A stretch of DNA of 64,000 nucleotides from contig OX597840.1 of assembly GCA_951406725.2 (NCBI GenBank), positions 39,060,001-39,124,000 on the forward strand, in the 5' to 3' direction. The translations under genes and the position numbers were made by a program. The notes beneath the pieces are model-generated. The model was given only the letters and a program-made list of their open reading frames with translations. It had not been told where the DNA came from and did not search any database. Origin of the DNA: Octopus vulgaris (lineage: Eukaryota). Positions 1 to 12,382 of this stretch are shown in pieces (the stretch's first letter is position 1; every line of letters begins with the position of its first letter).

Positions 1-59
<59 letters not shown>

Positions 60-68
60 GGATGGATG

Positions 69-144
<76 letters not shown>

Positions 145-235
145 TATATGGATGGATGGATGGATGGATGGATGGATGGATAGATAGATAGATAGACAGG
201 TAGATAGACAGATAGATAGATAGATAGATAGATAT

Positions 236-284
<49 letters not shown>

Positions 285-333
285 CATGTATATGTGTATG
301 TATGTGTGTATGTATGTATGTCTTTATGTATGT
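1..333. repeat. (GATA)n/(GGAT)n/(TATG)n compound microsatellite
   Basis: Direct reading of tandem 4-mers. Confidence 0.97.
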
Positions 334-629
334 AGAATCTGATATGGTAAGATAATTTCTGGATGCACTATGTTGAATTAAAGAGCTGGCTAGTCTAGGC
401 AGCAGCACCTTTCATTGTAAGTATATTAAACCAAGCCCAGCAACCTCGCGCTAATAGCAAAATCGCCATCAGCGTATACAAGATTCATCCAACTTCGTTT
501 AAGCGTTTCACTTATTACCAGACGTGTTGCACCCTCCCCCCAAAAGACTGTTTCTTAAATATTCTGATACCGTGGAAAATGTAAATACGCTTTTCAGAGA
601 ATTAGTTGTAATATTATACTATTTTCGTA

Positions 630-961
630 GTATACTAGCCATCTTAATATGGCTAACCACTAGGGGAGTGTTACTGTAGCTTTTTAGCCACAGGAGATCA
701 TCGTCTCCAGTTGGCTTTAGACACAACCTTGTGCTCTTTAATGATATTCGCAAAGGGAGGTCATCCACTCTCGAAAACCTAAGTGATACGCATGGACTGC
801 AGGTTTTCGAGAGGGGATGACCTCCCTTTGCGAATATCATTAAAGGGCTGCAGGATTGTGTCTCAAAGCCAGCTGGAGACGATGATCTCCTGGGACTAAA
901 AAGCTACAGTAACACCCCCTCCACCCCTAGTGGTTAGCCATATTAAGATGGCTGAGTATAC
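630..961. mobile_element. Fold-back element with ~150-bp imperfect inverted arms
   Basis: 630-780 is the reverse complement of 801-961 (e.g. GCCATCTTAATATGGCTAACCACTAGGGG / CCCCTAGTGGTTAGCCATATTAAGATGGC); 20-nt loop at 781-800. Confidence 0.85.
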
Positions 962-1023
962 TTTACGTTGTCGAACGCTTACTCTTTACATCTCGCTCAG
1001 AGATTTATTGTTGCTTTATACTA

Positions 1024-1434
1024 TACTCTTTACTCTTTTACTCTTTACTTTTATTTGTTTCAGTCATTTGACTGCGGCCATGCTGGAGCACCGCCTTTAG
1101 TCGAGCAAATCGACCCCGGGACTTATTCTTTGTAAGCCCAGTACTTATTCTATCGGTCTCTTTTGCCGAACCGCTAAGTGACGGGGACGTAAACACACCA
1201 GCATCGGTTGTCAAGCAATGCTAGAGGGACAAACACAGACACACACATACATATATATGTATACATATATACGACAGGCTTATTTCAGTTTCCGTCTACC
1301 AAATCCACTCACAAGGCATTGGTCGGCCCGAGGCTATAGCAGAAGACATTTGCCCAAGATGCCACGCAGTGGGACTGAACCCAGAACCATGTGGTTGGTA
1401 GGCAAGCTACTTACCACACAGCCACTCCTGCGCC
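1024..1434 (-). mobile_element. SINE family A (tRNA-derived head, CORE-like segment, (AAGAGTA)n tail), full length
   Basis: Minus-strand head GGCGCAGGAGTGGCTGTGTGG with A/B-box-like motifs; internal microsatellite; more than 10 near-identical copies in the window. Confidence 0.9.
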
Positions 1435-1854
1435 TATTTTCATTTTTATTTTAATTTTCCTAGGACATATTCTTCAAGATTGAAACTAATAAGATATTTC
1501 TCTAAAAGAGATTCAAGTCTTCAGATACGCCATGTTCATTATGAGAATATTTTCTAAAAAAACATATAAAGAAGGCTGAATGAATTACTTCAAAAAATAA
1601 ATGTAATAAATATATATAACAATATGAGATATCCCTTAATCTCCTGAAAAAAAAATTAGAGAAGACGAACGGTACAGGATGAAGCCAAACAAAACCAAAT
1701 ATCCTAATGATAAAAAAACTGGAAAAAAAGTAGAAAAGCTTTTATATTGTGTCGACGTATGTTAAATATAACACACACGAATCGCTGTATGTGTTTGTGC
1801 GGGTGTATGTGTGAGACTGTGTAGGTCTGTAAGTATTATATACATTGGTATATA

Positions 1855-1916
<62 letters not shown>

Positions 1917-1952
1917 GATGGATAGATAGATAAATATATAGATATATATATA

Positions 1953-2003
<51 letters not shown>

Positions 2004-2013
2004 TTGTGTGTCC

Positions 2014-2053
<40 letters not shown>

Positions 2054-2055
<2 letters not shown>

Positions 2056-2265
2056 TTTCTTTTATTCTTATACTTGTTTCAGTCATTTGACTGCGGCCAT
2101 GCTGGAGTACAGCCTTTAGTCGAAAAAGTCGTCCACAGGATTTATTTCTTGTAAGCCTAGTACTTATTGTATCGGTCTCTTTCTGCGAACCACTAGTTTT
2201 CGGGGAAGTAAACAAACCAACATCCGTTGTCAAGCAATGGTGGTGGGAAAAACACACATATGTGC

Positions 2266-2296
<31 letters not shown>

Positions 2297-2428
2297 TATA
2301 CTAAATCCACTAACAAGACTTTGGTCGGCCCGAGGCTATAGTAGAAGACACTCACCCAAGCTACCACGCAGTGAGACTGAGCCCAGAACGATGTGGTTGT
2401 TAAGCAAGCTACGTACCACACAGTCATG

Positions 2429-2430
<2 letters not shown>
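2054..2430 (-). mobile_element. SINE family A, diverged copy
   Basis: Colinear with 1024-1434. Confidence 0.85.
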
Positions 2431-2488
<58 letters not shown>

Positions 2489-2497
2489 GTAGGAGAT

Positions 2498-2550
<53 letters not shown>

Positions 2551-3074
2551 TTACATATATATATATATATATCTACAATCACCTACGATATATAAATATA
2601 TATATGCATATATCCGTATCCATATATACTTTTCTGTTATATATATATTCCGCCCTGTGTGTGTCTCTATGTGTTCATTACTTTGTGTCTGTGCGGTTTT
2701 AAATCAGATGCACGTATGCACGATATTATCAATTGATACACACTTTTATGCTCATGTGTGCGTGTGTGTATGCGTATACGTCTGTCTGTGTGTCATCGTT
2801 AGTGAATACAACCATAAAAACACGTACCAAACCCACAAAAATATTGTCTTACTCTATTCTATCATTATATTTTGCTTGTCCCACTTCATACGTTCTTTTG
2901 TGTACTCTCGCCTATTTCATTTTTGTGTCGGTTGTTGCTTGGCTTCGAGGATCTCAGAATTAACGATTTCATTATATCAATCGGTAACTGGTTCTCTCTT
3001 TGATGCACATAGACTCCATTTTGTGTTTTACCCGTTCAATATATTATTCTTATAGTTATACATGTTGCAGTAGT

Positions 3075-3420
3075 ACCTTTCATCCTTTCGGAGTCGATAA
3101 ATTAAGTACCAGTTGCGTACAGGGGCCGATCTAATCGAGTGGCCCCCTCCCTAAAAAATTCGGGCCTTGTGCCTAGATTAGAAAAGATTATTATTGTAGT
3201 AAGGCGGAAATCTGGTAGAATCGTTTCCCCGCTCGACGAAATCTGTCGCTACGTTGTGAGTTCAAATTCCACCAAGGTCGACTTTGCCTTTCATACTTTT
3301 GCGGGTCGATTAAATAAGTACCAGTTACGCACAGGGGTCAATATAATCGACTTAATCCATTTGTCTGTCCTTGTTTGTCCTCTCTGTGTTAAGCCCCTTG
3401 TGGGTAGTAAAGAAATGGGT
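3075..3420 (+). mobile_element. SINE family B (tRNA-like head, Nin/Deu-like domain): one 3' fragment plus one near-full copy
   Basis: GAGTTCAAATTCC B-box-like motif; GTCGACTTTGCCTTTCATCCTTTCGGGGTCGATAAATTAAGTACCAG-type domain resembling the Nin/Deu SINE core. Confidence 0.8.
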
Positions 3421-3444
3421 AGTTGATTAGATCCAACCAAACCT

Positions 3445-4010
3445 TAAATAATACTTATTTTATCGACACAGAATGAATAAATGGTAAAGGGGACCTCGAC
3501 AGAATGCCAGCTCAGAACGTATGGTCCAGCAAGAAATGCCGTTAAGCACTTGACTGTCACACTGTTGATTCTAGCAACTCACCATTCGCTATAATTGTTT
3601 CAAATTTTGATGCAACGCCAACAGTTCCATTTTCTCGACACCGAAATTTTGAAAGGCAAAGTAGACTGTGTTGGAATTTGAACTGGCAACATAAAGGAAT
3701 GGAAGAAATGCTGCTAAACATCTTGTTCGACACGCTAAAGATTCTGCCCAACTATCGACCCCAGTTATCTAAATATTGGTTTCAAATTTGGCATAGGGCA
3801 GCTGCTTTTTTCGTTTGTCTGTTTGTTTCTGGGAGGGTGACTATGTTGACTACCTCGACCCCGGCGTTCAAATGATACAGATGATATAGAACCGGAAAGG
3901 ATGAAAAGCAAAGTCGTCCCCGGCGCAATTTGAGCTTAGAACGTAAAGACACACAAATGACGCTAAGCGTTTTGCCGGTCGTGCAAATGATTCTGCTATC
4001 TCGCCGTCTT
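3445..4010 (-). mobile_element. Cluster of decayed SINE family B fragments
   Basis: Three partial reverse-complement matches (GAAAGGCAAAGT..AATTTGAACT..GAAATGCCGCTAAGC). Confidence 0.6.
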
Positions 4011-4579
4011 CCATCAACCTAGATGTTATTAATAAGACACGCAATCAACACAACAACACCGTCAACGACGTCGATAATACGATGGCTAAAATGATGAGGA
4101 GGGTAATGATGATGTTTCGTTTATTTACCTCAGTGACAGAGAGAAATCTAACCCAATACAGAAGACGAAATACAAAAGAGGTTGAAGGATTGTAGGAGGT
4201 GGTTAAAATGAAACGAAAATACAAACAGACACCAAAATTCCAACAAACGAATTATTACATAAGTGGGTTAGCTACTTTGGATGAATGAAAACATCTACAT
4301 TAATCTACGGTGCCCATGACTATTAAGGGTCACTGACCTTTCTCGTATTTCCTTACCCGACTAATAGGCGCAGGCGCAGGCGGAGATTAAGCCTATTGGC
4401 AAGTGCCATATTTAGAACTCTCAGCCCATTTTTAGCGGATTTACTTTTAGGTAGGGCAGCACCTGTCTCTCAACAGAAATAGAGTTAGAAAAATATAATT
4501 ATTGCAATGCTAATTGCATGAAATTCTTCGATACCTTCTCTATATACGCAGAAATACACTTGGTTTCTGTAAGTAAACA

Positions 4580-4771
4580 CCTATTTCATTACTACCCACA
4601 AGGGGCTAAACACAGATAGGACAAACGGATTAAGTCGATTATATCGACCCCAGTGCGTAACTGGTACTTATTTAATAGATCCCGAAAGGATGAAAGGCAA
4701 AGCCGACCTCGGGGGAATTTGAACTCAGAACGTAGCGGCAGACGAAATACCGCTAAGCGTTTCGCCGTATT
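4580..4771 (-). mobile_element. SINE family B, 5'-truncated
   Basis: Reverse-complement match to 15941-16178. Confidence 0.85.
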
Positions 4772-5708
4772 TGTAAGTAAATACCTAACTGCCAGTCTGG
4801 TTAGGCTTATATTTTCAGAAAGGAAACCAACCACCTGATTTGCACATTACAAATACCATCTGTAAGCAAAACAGGACAACTATGCAAGAGTGTTTTCGGT
4901 GTTTAAAATGTGACATATTTTCGTTATCTACATTTCAAAGATGGAGCTTTGTATCTTTGTCAGAGACCAGCTCCTTCTTCAGGGAAAGAGTCTGAATGAT
5001 AACTAAGAGAAAATAACAAGCGTGTGTGTTTGTGTGTGTGTCTTTCTGTAATTTTTTTCTGGCTCCTAGTGTACGTTGAGAGAACGGTTCATTTTCAGCT
5101 CCTATAAAGCAACCTTTTCCATCATAGCCATAACGAAAAACGTCTTTATTCTATGATATACACATGATTTGAACAGCCTAAAGAAATTGCGTAGCGAAAC
5201 ATGCTTTGATTGCTTACAAAAATGGCAGCACAGTACCCTGTTTTATGTTAACATTCACCTAAAACACACAAAACACTCGATAACATTTTCGATGACAGAA
5301 ATGCCAATAACGTGGAAATAATTGACATAACAATGCTAAATGATTATAATGTCAAACAAAAAATGTGCTGGAAGTAGAGAAATTACGGTAATTTGGAAAT
5401 TATCTTGGAAAATGTTGTGTCCGTTATCCCGATTCTAATTTCATAGAAGGGAACGCTATACAAACGTTGGTTTCTGTAAAGGCTTTGATAGCTTGCCTTT
5501 ATAATAATTATATACAATAGTTACATTGCGGTAAATATGAATACAAAATTATGTTAGAAGCATTACGTTGCATTTAACCTTCGATGATTGTATGCGCACA
5601 TAAAAACGATAAAACAGCATTTCTGCGCGATGCATGGAATACCTCAAAAAGGATACATCGTTATTTGTCTCTAAATAATACACTCATAAAACAAACATGC
5701 ATGCTTAC

Positions 5709-5753
<45 letters not shown>

Positions 5754-6067
5754 CGTGTGTGGGTATGAATATATATAAATATATATGTAAAGATATGTAT
5801 CTATATATATATATGCATATGTATATATATATGTATATGTATATATGAATATGTGTATGTATATATTCGTATATGTATATATATATGTGTGTATGTGCGT
5901 GTATATATATATATATGTATATGTATACATATGTGTATATATGTATATATATATATATATTCATATGTGTATATATATGTAGATATATATTTGTGTGTGT
6001 GTATACATATATATCAATATATGTGCATGAAATAAAGGGGATGATGATAATGTTAATATTTCCATTT

Positions 6068-6079
6068 TAGTAGTAGCAA

Positions 6080-6165
<86 letters not shown>
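6068..6165. repeat. (TAG)n microsatellite
   Basis: Direct reading. Confidence 0.97.
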
Positions 6166-6788
6166 ATTTAGTAACAGGAGACAAAGTAGAGGAAATTACG
6201 AGAAACGCTGACAGAGTGTGCTAAAATGGTAAGACGTCACAAAAATATCATAGAACAAGAGATGCCTGGGCAGAAGGGGAAGAAAAAAAGATACAATGGC
6301 AGAATAGCGGGAAATGTCCAATCAAAGAAGATGAAAAGGTTTGTTATGAGCAGCCAGGGGCTGTTATGCCAAATGAGAGTTATTAGGTTCTTTGAAATTT
6401 CCTTCTATAAATTGTCCATGTGATAAAGTTATGGACACCAGATATGATGATCAAAGATTCCAAGATGAGAAATACGAGAGATCATAGAATTTCCTTTATC
6501 TTATGATAACAGGGTGGAAAATAAATAAAGGTTCATGATTGGAATATCTATTAAGGTTTTGGCTAGAGAAGCGGCAAAACTATAAGACATGCCAATTAAT
6601 TTCCAAGACGGTGTTATAAAAGGTAAGTGTGAAAAGCGACAGAAGTATTGTTCAAAAGAATGATAGACATACATATTTAGGTGAATGAAGAGAATAATTA
6701 TCAGCCTACATTCTGCGAGAAAGTTCATGATATATCTGATGGCTCATATCACTGAAACTTCTTAATCTTATGAAAATATAAACCATTA

Positions 6789-6789
<1 letters not shown>

Positions 6790-6831
<42 letters not shown>

Positions 6832-6838
6832 TGATGAA

Positions 6839-6871
<33 letters not shown>

Positions 6872-6887
6872 AATAATAATGAGGACG

Positions 6888-6948
<61 letters not shown>

Positions 6949-6965
6949 TGATGAAGATGATGATG

Positions 6966-7020
<55 letters not shown>

Positions 7021-7069
7021 TGATGATGATGATGATAATAATAATAATGATGACGATAATAATAATAAT

Positions 7070-7104
<35 letters not shown>

Positions 7105-7235
7105 TAATAATAATAATAATAATAGTAATAATAATAATGATAATAATGATAATAATAATAATAATAGTAGAAATAATAATAATGATAATAATGATAATAA
7201 TAATAATAATAATAGTAATAATAATAATAATGATG

Positions 7236-7292
<57 letters not shown>

Positions 7293-7300
7293 TTAATATA
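6790..7300. repeat. (AAT)n/(GAT)n compound microsatellite
   Basis: Direct reading. Confidence 0.97.
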
Positions 7301-7317
7301 TTATAAAAGCTATTGAA

Positions 7318-7761
7318 CTGGATATTATCATAAAAGATCAGACAAAAAGGATGTGTTTATTAATGTAGCGGCGACATAATTTCACAAGATTAGTAAATAT
7401 AAAGACTTGCTAATAGAAATTGAAAATATGCGTCATCTCAAGGCGACTACAGTACCAGTGATTGTAGGATCTCTAGGAATGAGAAAAATAAGGTACTGAA
7501 ACCTGTTTGAAAATGATACCAGGCTTGCCATCCCTACAGGAAGTGCAAAAAATCGTATTAACTGGAACGGCTCATGTACTGAGAAGAGCATTATCGCTGT
7601 GAAAACAACATCCATCTATAATTTATTTAGTAATTTTTAAATACATATTTTGTCTGTGAATTTGCGCGTGTATTCTGGGAATGCATGCAATGAGCTTCTC
7701 TGCCCTAGGTGTATGGAAAACACCCGGCGAGAAACGGAAGAAAATTTGAAGAAAGAAGGAA

Positions 7762-7762
<1 letters not shown>
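7318..7762 (+). mobile_element. 5'-truncated R4/Dong-like non-LTR retrotransposon (restriction-like endonuclease C-terminus plus 3' UTR), frameshifted
   Basis: Manual translation across frameshifts: DIIIKDQTKRMCLL..KISKYKDLLIEIENMRHLKATTVPVIVGSLG..GTETCLKMIPGLPSLQEVQKIVLTGTAHVLRRALSL* (stop 7600-7602); flanked by (TAA)n on both sides, the known Dong target. Confidence 0.8.
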
Positions 7763-7837
<75 letters not shown>

Positions 7838-7953
7838 TAACAAGAAGAAGAGGAAGAAGAAGAAAGAGAAAAAGAAGAAGAAGAACGAGGTATGAAAGAT
7901 GGACTACAGCAAATATTCTGCTTAATTTGCTTGCTATGGCTGAAATAAGTAAA

Positions 7954-8000
<47 letters not shown>

Positions 8001-8023
8001 TGTCTGTCTCTGTGTGTGTATGT

Positions 8024-8275
8024 GGAGGTGCAATGGTCCAGTGGTTTGGGCAGCGGACTCGCGGTCGGAGGATCGCGGTTTCGATTCCCAGACCGGGTGT
8101 TTCGTGTGTTTATTGAGCGAGAACACTTAAAGCTCCACGAGGCTCCGGCAGGGGGTGGTGGTGACCCCTGTTGTACTCTTTCGCCACAACTTTCTCTCAT
8201 TCTGTCTTCCTGTTTCTTGAGTAACGCTGCGATGTCCTGGCGTCCCGTCCAGCTGGGGGGGGGGGCACGTACGCC
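8024..8275 (+). mobile_element. SINE family C (tRNA-derived head) with V/Meta-SINE-like 3' segment
   Basis: GGAGGTGCAATGGTCCAGTGG..GGTTTCGATTCCC head; shares ~150 nt with 17755-17890; then CTGCGATGTCCTGGCGTCCCGTCCAG. Confidence 0.75.
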
Positions 8276-8358
8276 ACAGAAAGATACACAGAAAAAAAAA
8301 CAAGGAGAGAAACAAGGAGGGAAAAAATGCATGTAGGAGCTAACGGTCTAACATGGCG
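8276..8358 (-). mobile_element. Partial copy of the CTGTAGA-HHR element family, ending inside the ribozyme core
   Basis: Matches 63887-63967; similarity stops at minus-strand CTTTCTGT. Confidence 0.7.
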
Positions 8359-8447
8359 TTCATACATGCATACATACATACATATATATATATATACCAG
8401 TGACTGGACAAGAAAAAGATGGGCAGACAAGAAATTTATTAGGAGTA

Positions 8448-8603
8448 ACATGTATGGATCAAAACAGTTTGATTCAAGTTCGTCTGTACTCCGAGTTTCG
8501 AGCGTATTTTTAGTATTCATCCATAATGGCCGAAGACTACCATCACGCTTGAGTCTCGGAGTACCAACGAATTTGTATCAAACTGTTTTGATCCGTAAGT
8601 GTT
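8448..8603. repeat. Imperfect inverted repeat (~70-bp arms)
   Basis: GGATCAAAACAGTTTGAT..GTACTCCGAG versus CTCGGAGTAC..ATCAAACTGTTTTGATCC. Confidence 0.8.
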
Positions 8604-8964
8604 GTGGCGATGTGAATGTGTTTACGGTCTATGTTTTTGCGTATGTGTGTGTGTATATTTGTACATATATATGCATATGCGGGGTTTTGTATATCCGCGT
8701 ACGTATGTACATGTAGAGATATGTACATGAACACAATGATGCGTGCATGGGCACGTATACGTGTGTGTATGTGCATGCAAGCGTGTATGCATGTATATAT
8801 GTGTGTATGTTTACATGTGTATAGATATATATATATGTGTTTGTATATATATATATGTACACATGTGTGTGAGTATGCATATATGTATACACATGAACGT
8901 AGTTTTACTTTACGCACGCCTATTGGAAAAACTTCCCTTTATTGAACCCTTTTTTTTAGCGTGT

Positions 8965-9039
8965 TTGTATTAATAACTGATGAGATGCCGGAGCAGACTT
9001 CAGCCCCGGCATCCGAAACTCTGAGTTCTATTATGACAA
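8965..9039 (+). ncRNA. Type I hammerhead ribozyme motif (8-bp stem II, palindromic stem III)
   Basis: CTGATGA (8977-83); GATGCCGG/CCGGCATC stem II; extra C, then GAAA (9015-18); ACTCTGAGT; H17=U; stem I TTGTATTAATAA/CTATTATGACAA is interrupted. Confidence 0.7.
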
Positions 9040-9078
9040 CTAACTGATTGTCACAAATTATATTTATATATATGTACA

Positions 9079-9121
<43 letters not shown>

Positions 9122-9244
9122 AACATAGTTTCCTTCACACGGGTAGAAATACAGAAAATAATGCTAAAATGCACTGGAAGATACAAAATGGTTTAATCCC
9201 AAAAGACCCCCAGCACCTGTCGTGTAGCACTTGCTTCCCTTTTG

Positions 9245-9445
9245 TAAGGAGTAGCCAGGCCTAAGGGGAAAATACTAAGCATTATTACGCCCGTCCTTAC
9301 TTCCGGAGTTCAAATTGCACAAATATTGATTTTGCCTTTCACCCTTTCCGAGTCGATAAAATAAGTACTAGTTGAGCGCTGGGGTCGATATAATCGACTT
9401 AACCCCTGCTCGAAAAATCCGTGGCTTTGTACCAAAATTTGAAAC
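9245..9445 (+). mobile_element. SINE family B, diverged
   Basis: GGAGTTCAAAT..TTTGCCTTTCACCCTTTCCGAGTCGATAAA. Confidence 0.7.
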
Positions 9446-10771
9446 CGATGGTACGTACAATACGCTCCCCCAAAATATCAAACCTTATGTTCTGCTTATG
9501 TTGAAAATCTCTTTATCTGAGTGTATATCTTAATTTGTGAACTCTATTAAACATTTACCATCGAGTTACCAATCTATTGTTGTGTTCTTTGGAATCGGGT
9601 AATTAATACACTTAAATAGGAATCGAAACCGCCTCGTTAAATTCGAAATCTATCAGATATTATATTATTGTTCACGGGTCTTGCAACGATGATTCTGATA
9701 AGAAAATCATTTTAACGAACGGTTGTCTGTTTTGATTAGTGTTGTTTCTTGTTGTTGTTATTGTTGTTATTGTTGTTGTGGTTGTTATTTATATTTATGT
9801 TCTTGAAACAACGCAAGGAAGGAAAATTTTAATTATTTTTCGCCAATTGATTGCAGATATCTAAAGCACATTAATAAATTCTACATCAACTATTTATATT
9901 ATGAATGACTAAAACTTGGTTTTTAAAAAAAAAATTTAATAAACCTACAAACCTATACACACTACGAAACAATGTGTGTATGTGTGTGTGTGTATGTGTC
10001 TGTGTCTCTGTGTGTGTGTTTATATGACTGTGTTACTCTTTTGGCATAAATGTATTTGTTTGTGTGTGTTTGTGTGTATGTGTATATGTGTAAGAAAGCG
10101 TCGCTTTCTTCGAGACATTTATTAGTAACAACGAGGTTAATGTTATTTCCTACTCTTTTAAAACACGAAAGAAAATGATTGAAGTCACCAAGTGGTGAAA
10201 AAGAAGCGGTACCTTGTTCGAAAAGTCTGATAACAGACATGACCTTCTAGCAACATAATGTCCATTAGTCTTTTTCAAAAGCAAACACAATTCCTTAAAT
10301 TACTTGATAAAAATCTTGTAGAGAGTTTAATGTTTCCTTTCTATAAATAACTACCAACTCTTCGTGCGATAACCTCTAGCTGTTCAACATAGTTTCCTAT
10401 ACTTTATCTTATCGCATATTTTGTAGGAAAATCTGAGACGAAACAGAAAACTTGGCGAAATTATATCATCTACCACTACAATAATTTCATTGAAATCCAT
10501 CAAACAGATTAAATGTCTATAAGATAATTAATGGCGGAGAGAACAAAACCATTACCGATTATTCACTACTAATCTTAATCTTGTGATGTCTCGTTCTAAC
10601 CTCGTCTTTTGAATTATTTACCCAGCCAATATCATACGAGACGTTTCTCAGGTAGGCACGGCGTGACGCGTTGCGAAAGCGTACGGTCACATCTGCCGTC
10701 GTATGCAGTAATACCGGGCATTGACAATCGTATTAGGTTAATATGTCACATATTCACAATGGTTATAGGGT

Positions 10772-11191
10772 ATACTCTTTACTCTTTTACTCTTTTACTT
10801 GTTTCAGTCATTTGACTGCGGCCATGCTGGAGCACCGCCTTTAGTCGAGCAACTCTACCCCGGGACTTATTCTTTGTAAGACCAGTACTTATTCTATCGA
10901 TCTCTTTTGCCGAACCGCTAAGTGACGGGGACATAAACACACCAGCATCGGTTGTCAAGCAATGCTAGGGGGACAAACACAGACACACAAACATATACAC
11001 ACACATATATATATATATATACATATATGCGACGGGCTTCTTTCAGTTTCCGTCTACCAAATCCACTCACGAGGCTTTGGTCGGCCCGAGGCTATAGTAG
11101 AAGACACTTACCCAAGGTGCCACGCAGTGGGACGAACCCGGAACGATGTGGTTGGTAAGCAAGCTACTTACCACACAGCCACTCCTGCGCC
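10772..11191 (-). mobile_element. SINE family A, full length
   Basis: Colinear with 1024-1434. Confidence 0.9.
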
Positions 11192-11319
11192 TATGATGTC
11201 ATATAATCACAAACGAGCAGATTGGTGCATCGTAAGGTCAGATACTTAGCTTTACAGTTACCCGGATAGAGACACCATAAAAGCTCGTGATTGTGAGTGC
11301 GCCTGTAAAACTTAGAAAA

Positions 11320-11498
11320 AACATAGATTGGACCAGAGATTGGTCCAGGCCATGTCTAACATAATAGCACCTAAATCCTGTTTAAGTCACTCTTTGTGCC
11401 ATGGTCCATTCATGTAGTGAGTTCTTGTTGAGTGAGTTGTATCTAGGTATGGGTGGCTTCTCTGGTATTCCTTGAAGAAATTTGTCCAGACTCCGTTT
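11320..11498 (-). mobile_element. 3' end of a CR1/L2-group LINE ORF2 plus 3' UTR
   Basis: 11498-11382 translates KRSLDKFLQGIPEKPPIPRYNSLNKNSLHEWTMAQRVT*, matching the (F)KxxLDKFLxxIPDxP..NSL C-terminal motif of CR1-group LINEs. Confidence 0.65.
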
Positions 11499-11499
11499 C

Positions 11500-11700
11500 T
11501 TCTTTCAATCATTTGACAGCAGCCATGCTGGAGCACCTTGTTCAATCGAACTAATCGACCCCAAGACTTATTCTTATTGTACGCGCATAGTACTTATTCT
11601 GTCGGTTTCTTTTGCCGAACTGCTAAGTTAAAGGGACGTAAACACACGAACATCGATTTTCAAGAGATGTAGGGGGGAGAAACACAGATACACAAACATA
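11500..11700 (-). mobile_element. SINE family A, 3' half
   Basis: CAGCCATGCTGGAGCAC..TTTTGCCGAAC match. Confidence 0.75.
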
Positions 11701-11746
11701 TACATATACATACATACATGCATATATACATACATATACATGTATG

Positions 11747-11780
<34 letters not shown>

Positions 11781-12382
11781 CAGAGAGAGAAAGATACAGT
11801 TGGGTGTAAATCCGTTGATCCCTTAACTATTAATTAACGAAGTTAACATTTTCATTAATGATTTAAATTTTAAGTTAAATTTGAAAATCATTATCGGACT
11901 AATTAACTTCCTTTAACTCAGGTCTGTTAATCCCAAACTCGTCTACTGCAGCCCCTTGGTCTACGCTGTTTCAGCCCCTCTGTCGACACAATTTTGGCCC
12001 CTTCGTCGATGCAGTTTTGGCAGGTATCGACGATGGTGAATGCCAAATGGCTGCTGCCTTTACCCCAGGGTTCGCCTCATCTTGTTTGATACGCATGATA
12101 CTCCAAGCTTACCAAAATGAAAGAGAGAGAAAGAGAAAGATAGGGGAGAGATGTATGCGTGTTATAAATACAAACACACATTCGAACTCTCTCTCACACA
12201 CACACAGATTCACACACATACACACACATATACATACCTACGCTTCTATGTTTCCACGAATATGCATGCAGTTATTCCATTCTAGATTTTAAAACTTTTA
12301 GTGCTCTTTTGACTGTTTTCGCAATTCCGTTAATGGCTTGTACTAATAACCTTCAGAACAATGTTCTTCGATCTTTTCAACT

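Noticed and set aside
4925-4990. Minus-strand CTGAAGA..GGAGCT/AGCTCC..GAAATGTA hammerhead-like motif
   Set aside because: Six extra bases lie before GAAA and there is no stem I; it may be a decayed copy but cannot be supported.
5175-5210. CTAAAGA..GCGAAACATGC hammerhead-like motif
   Set aside because: It needs too many substitutions to restore the core and stems.
6480-6640. Possible pogo/Tigger HTH remnant (ISIKVLAREAAKL..F..RCYK)
   Set aside because: Similarity is too short and interrupted; no TIRs seen.
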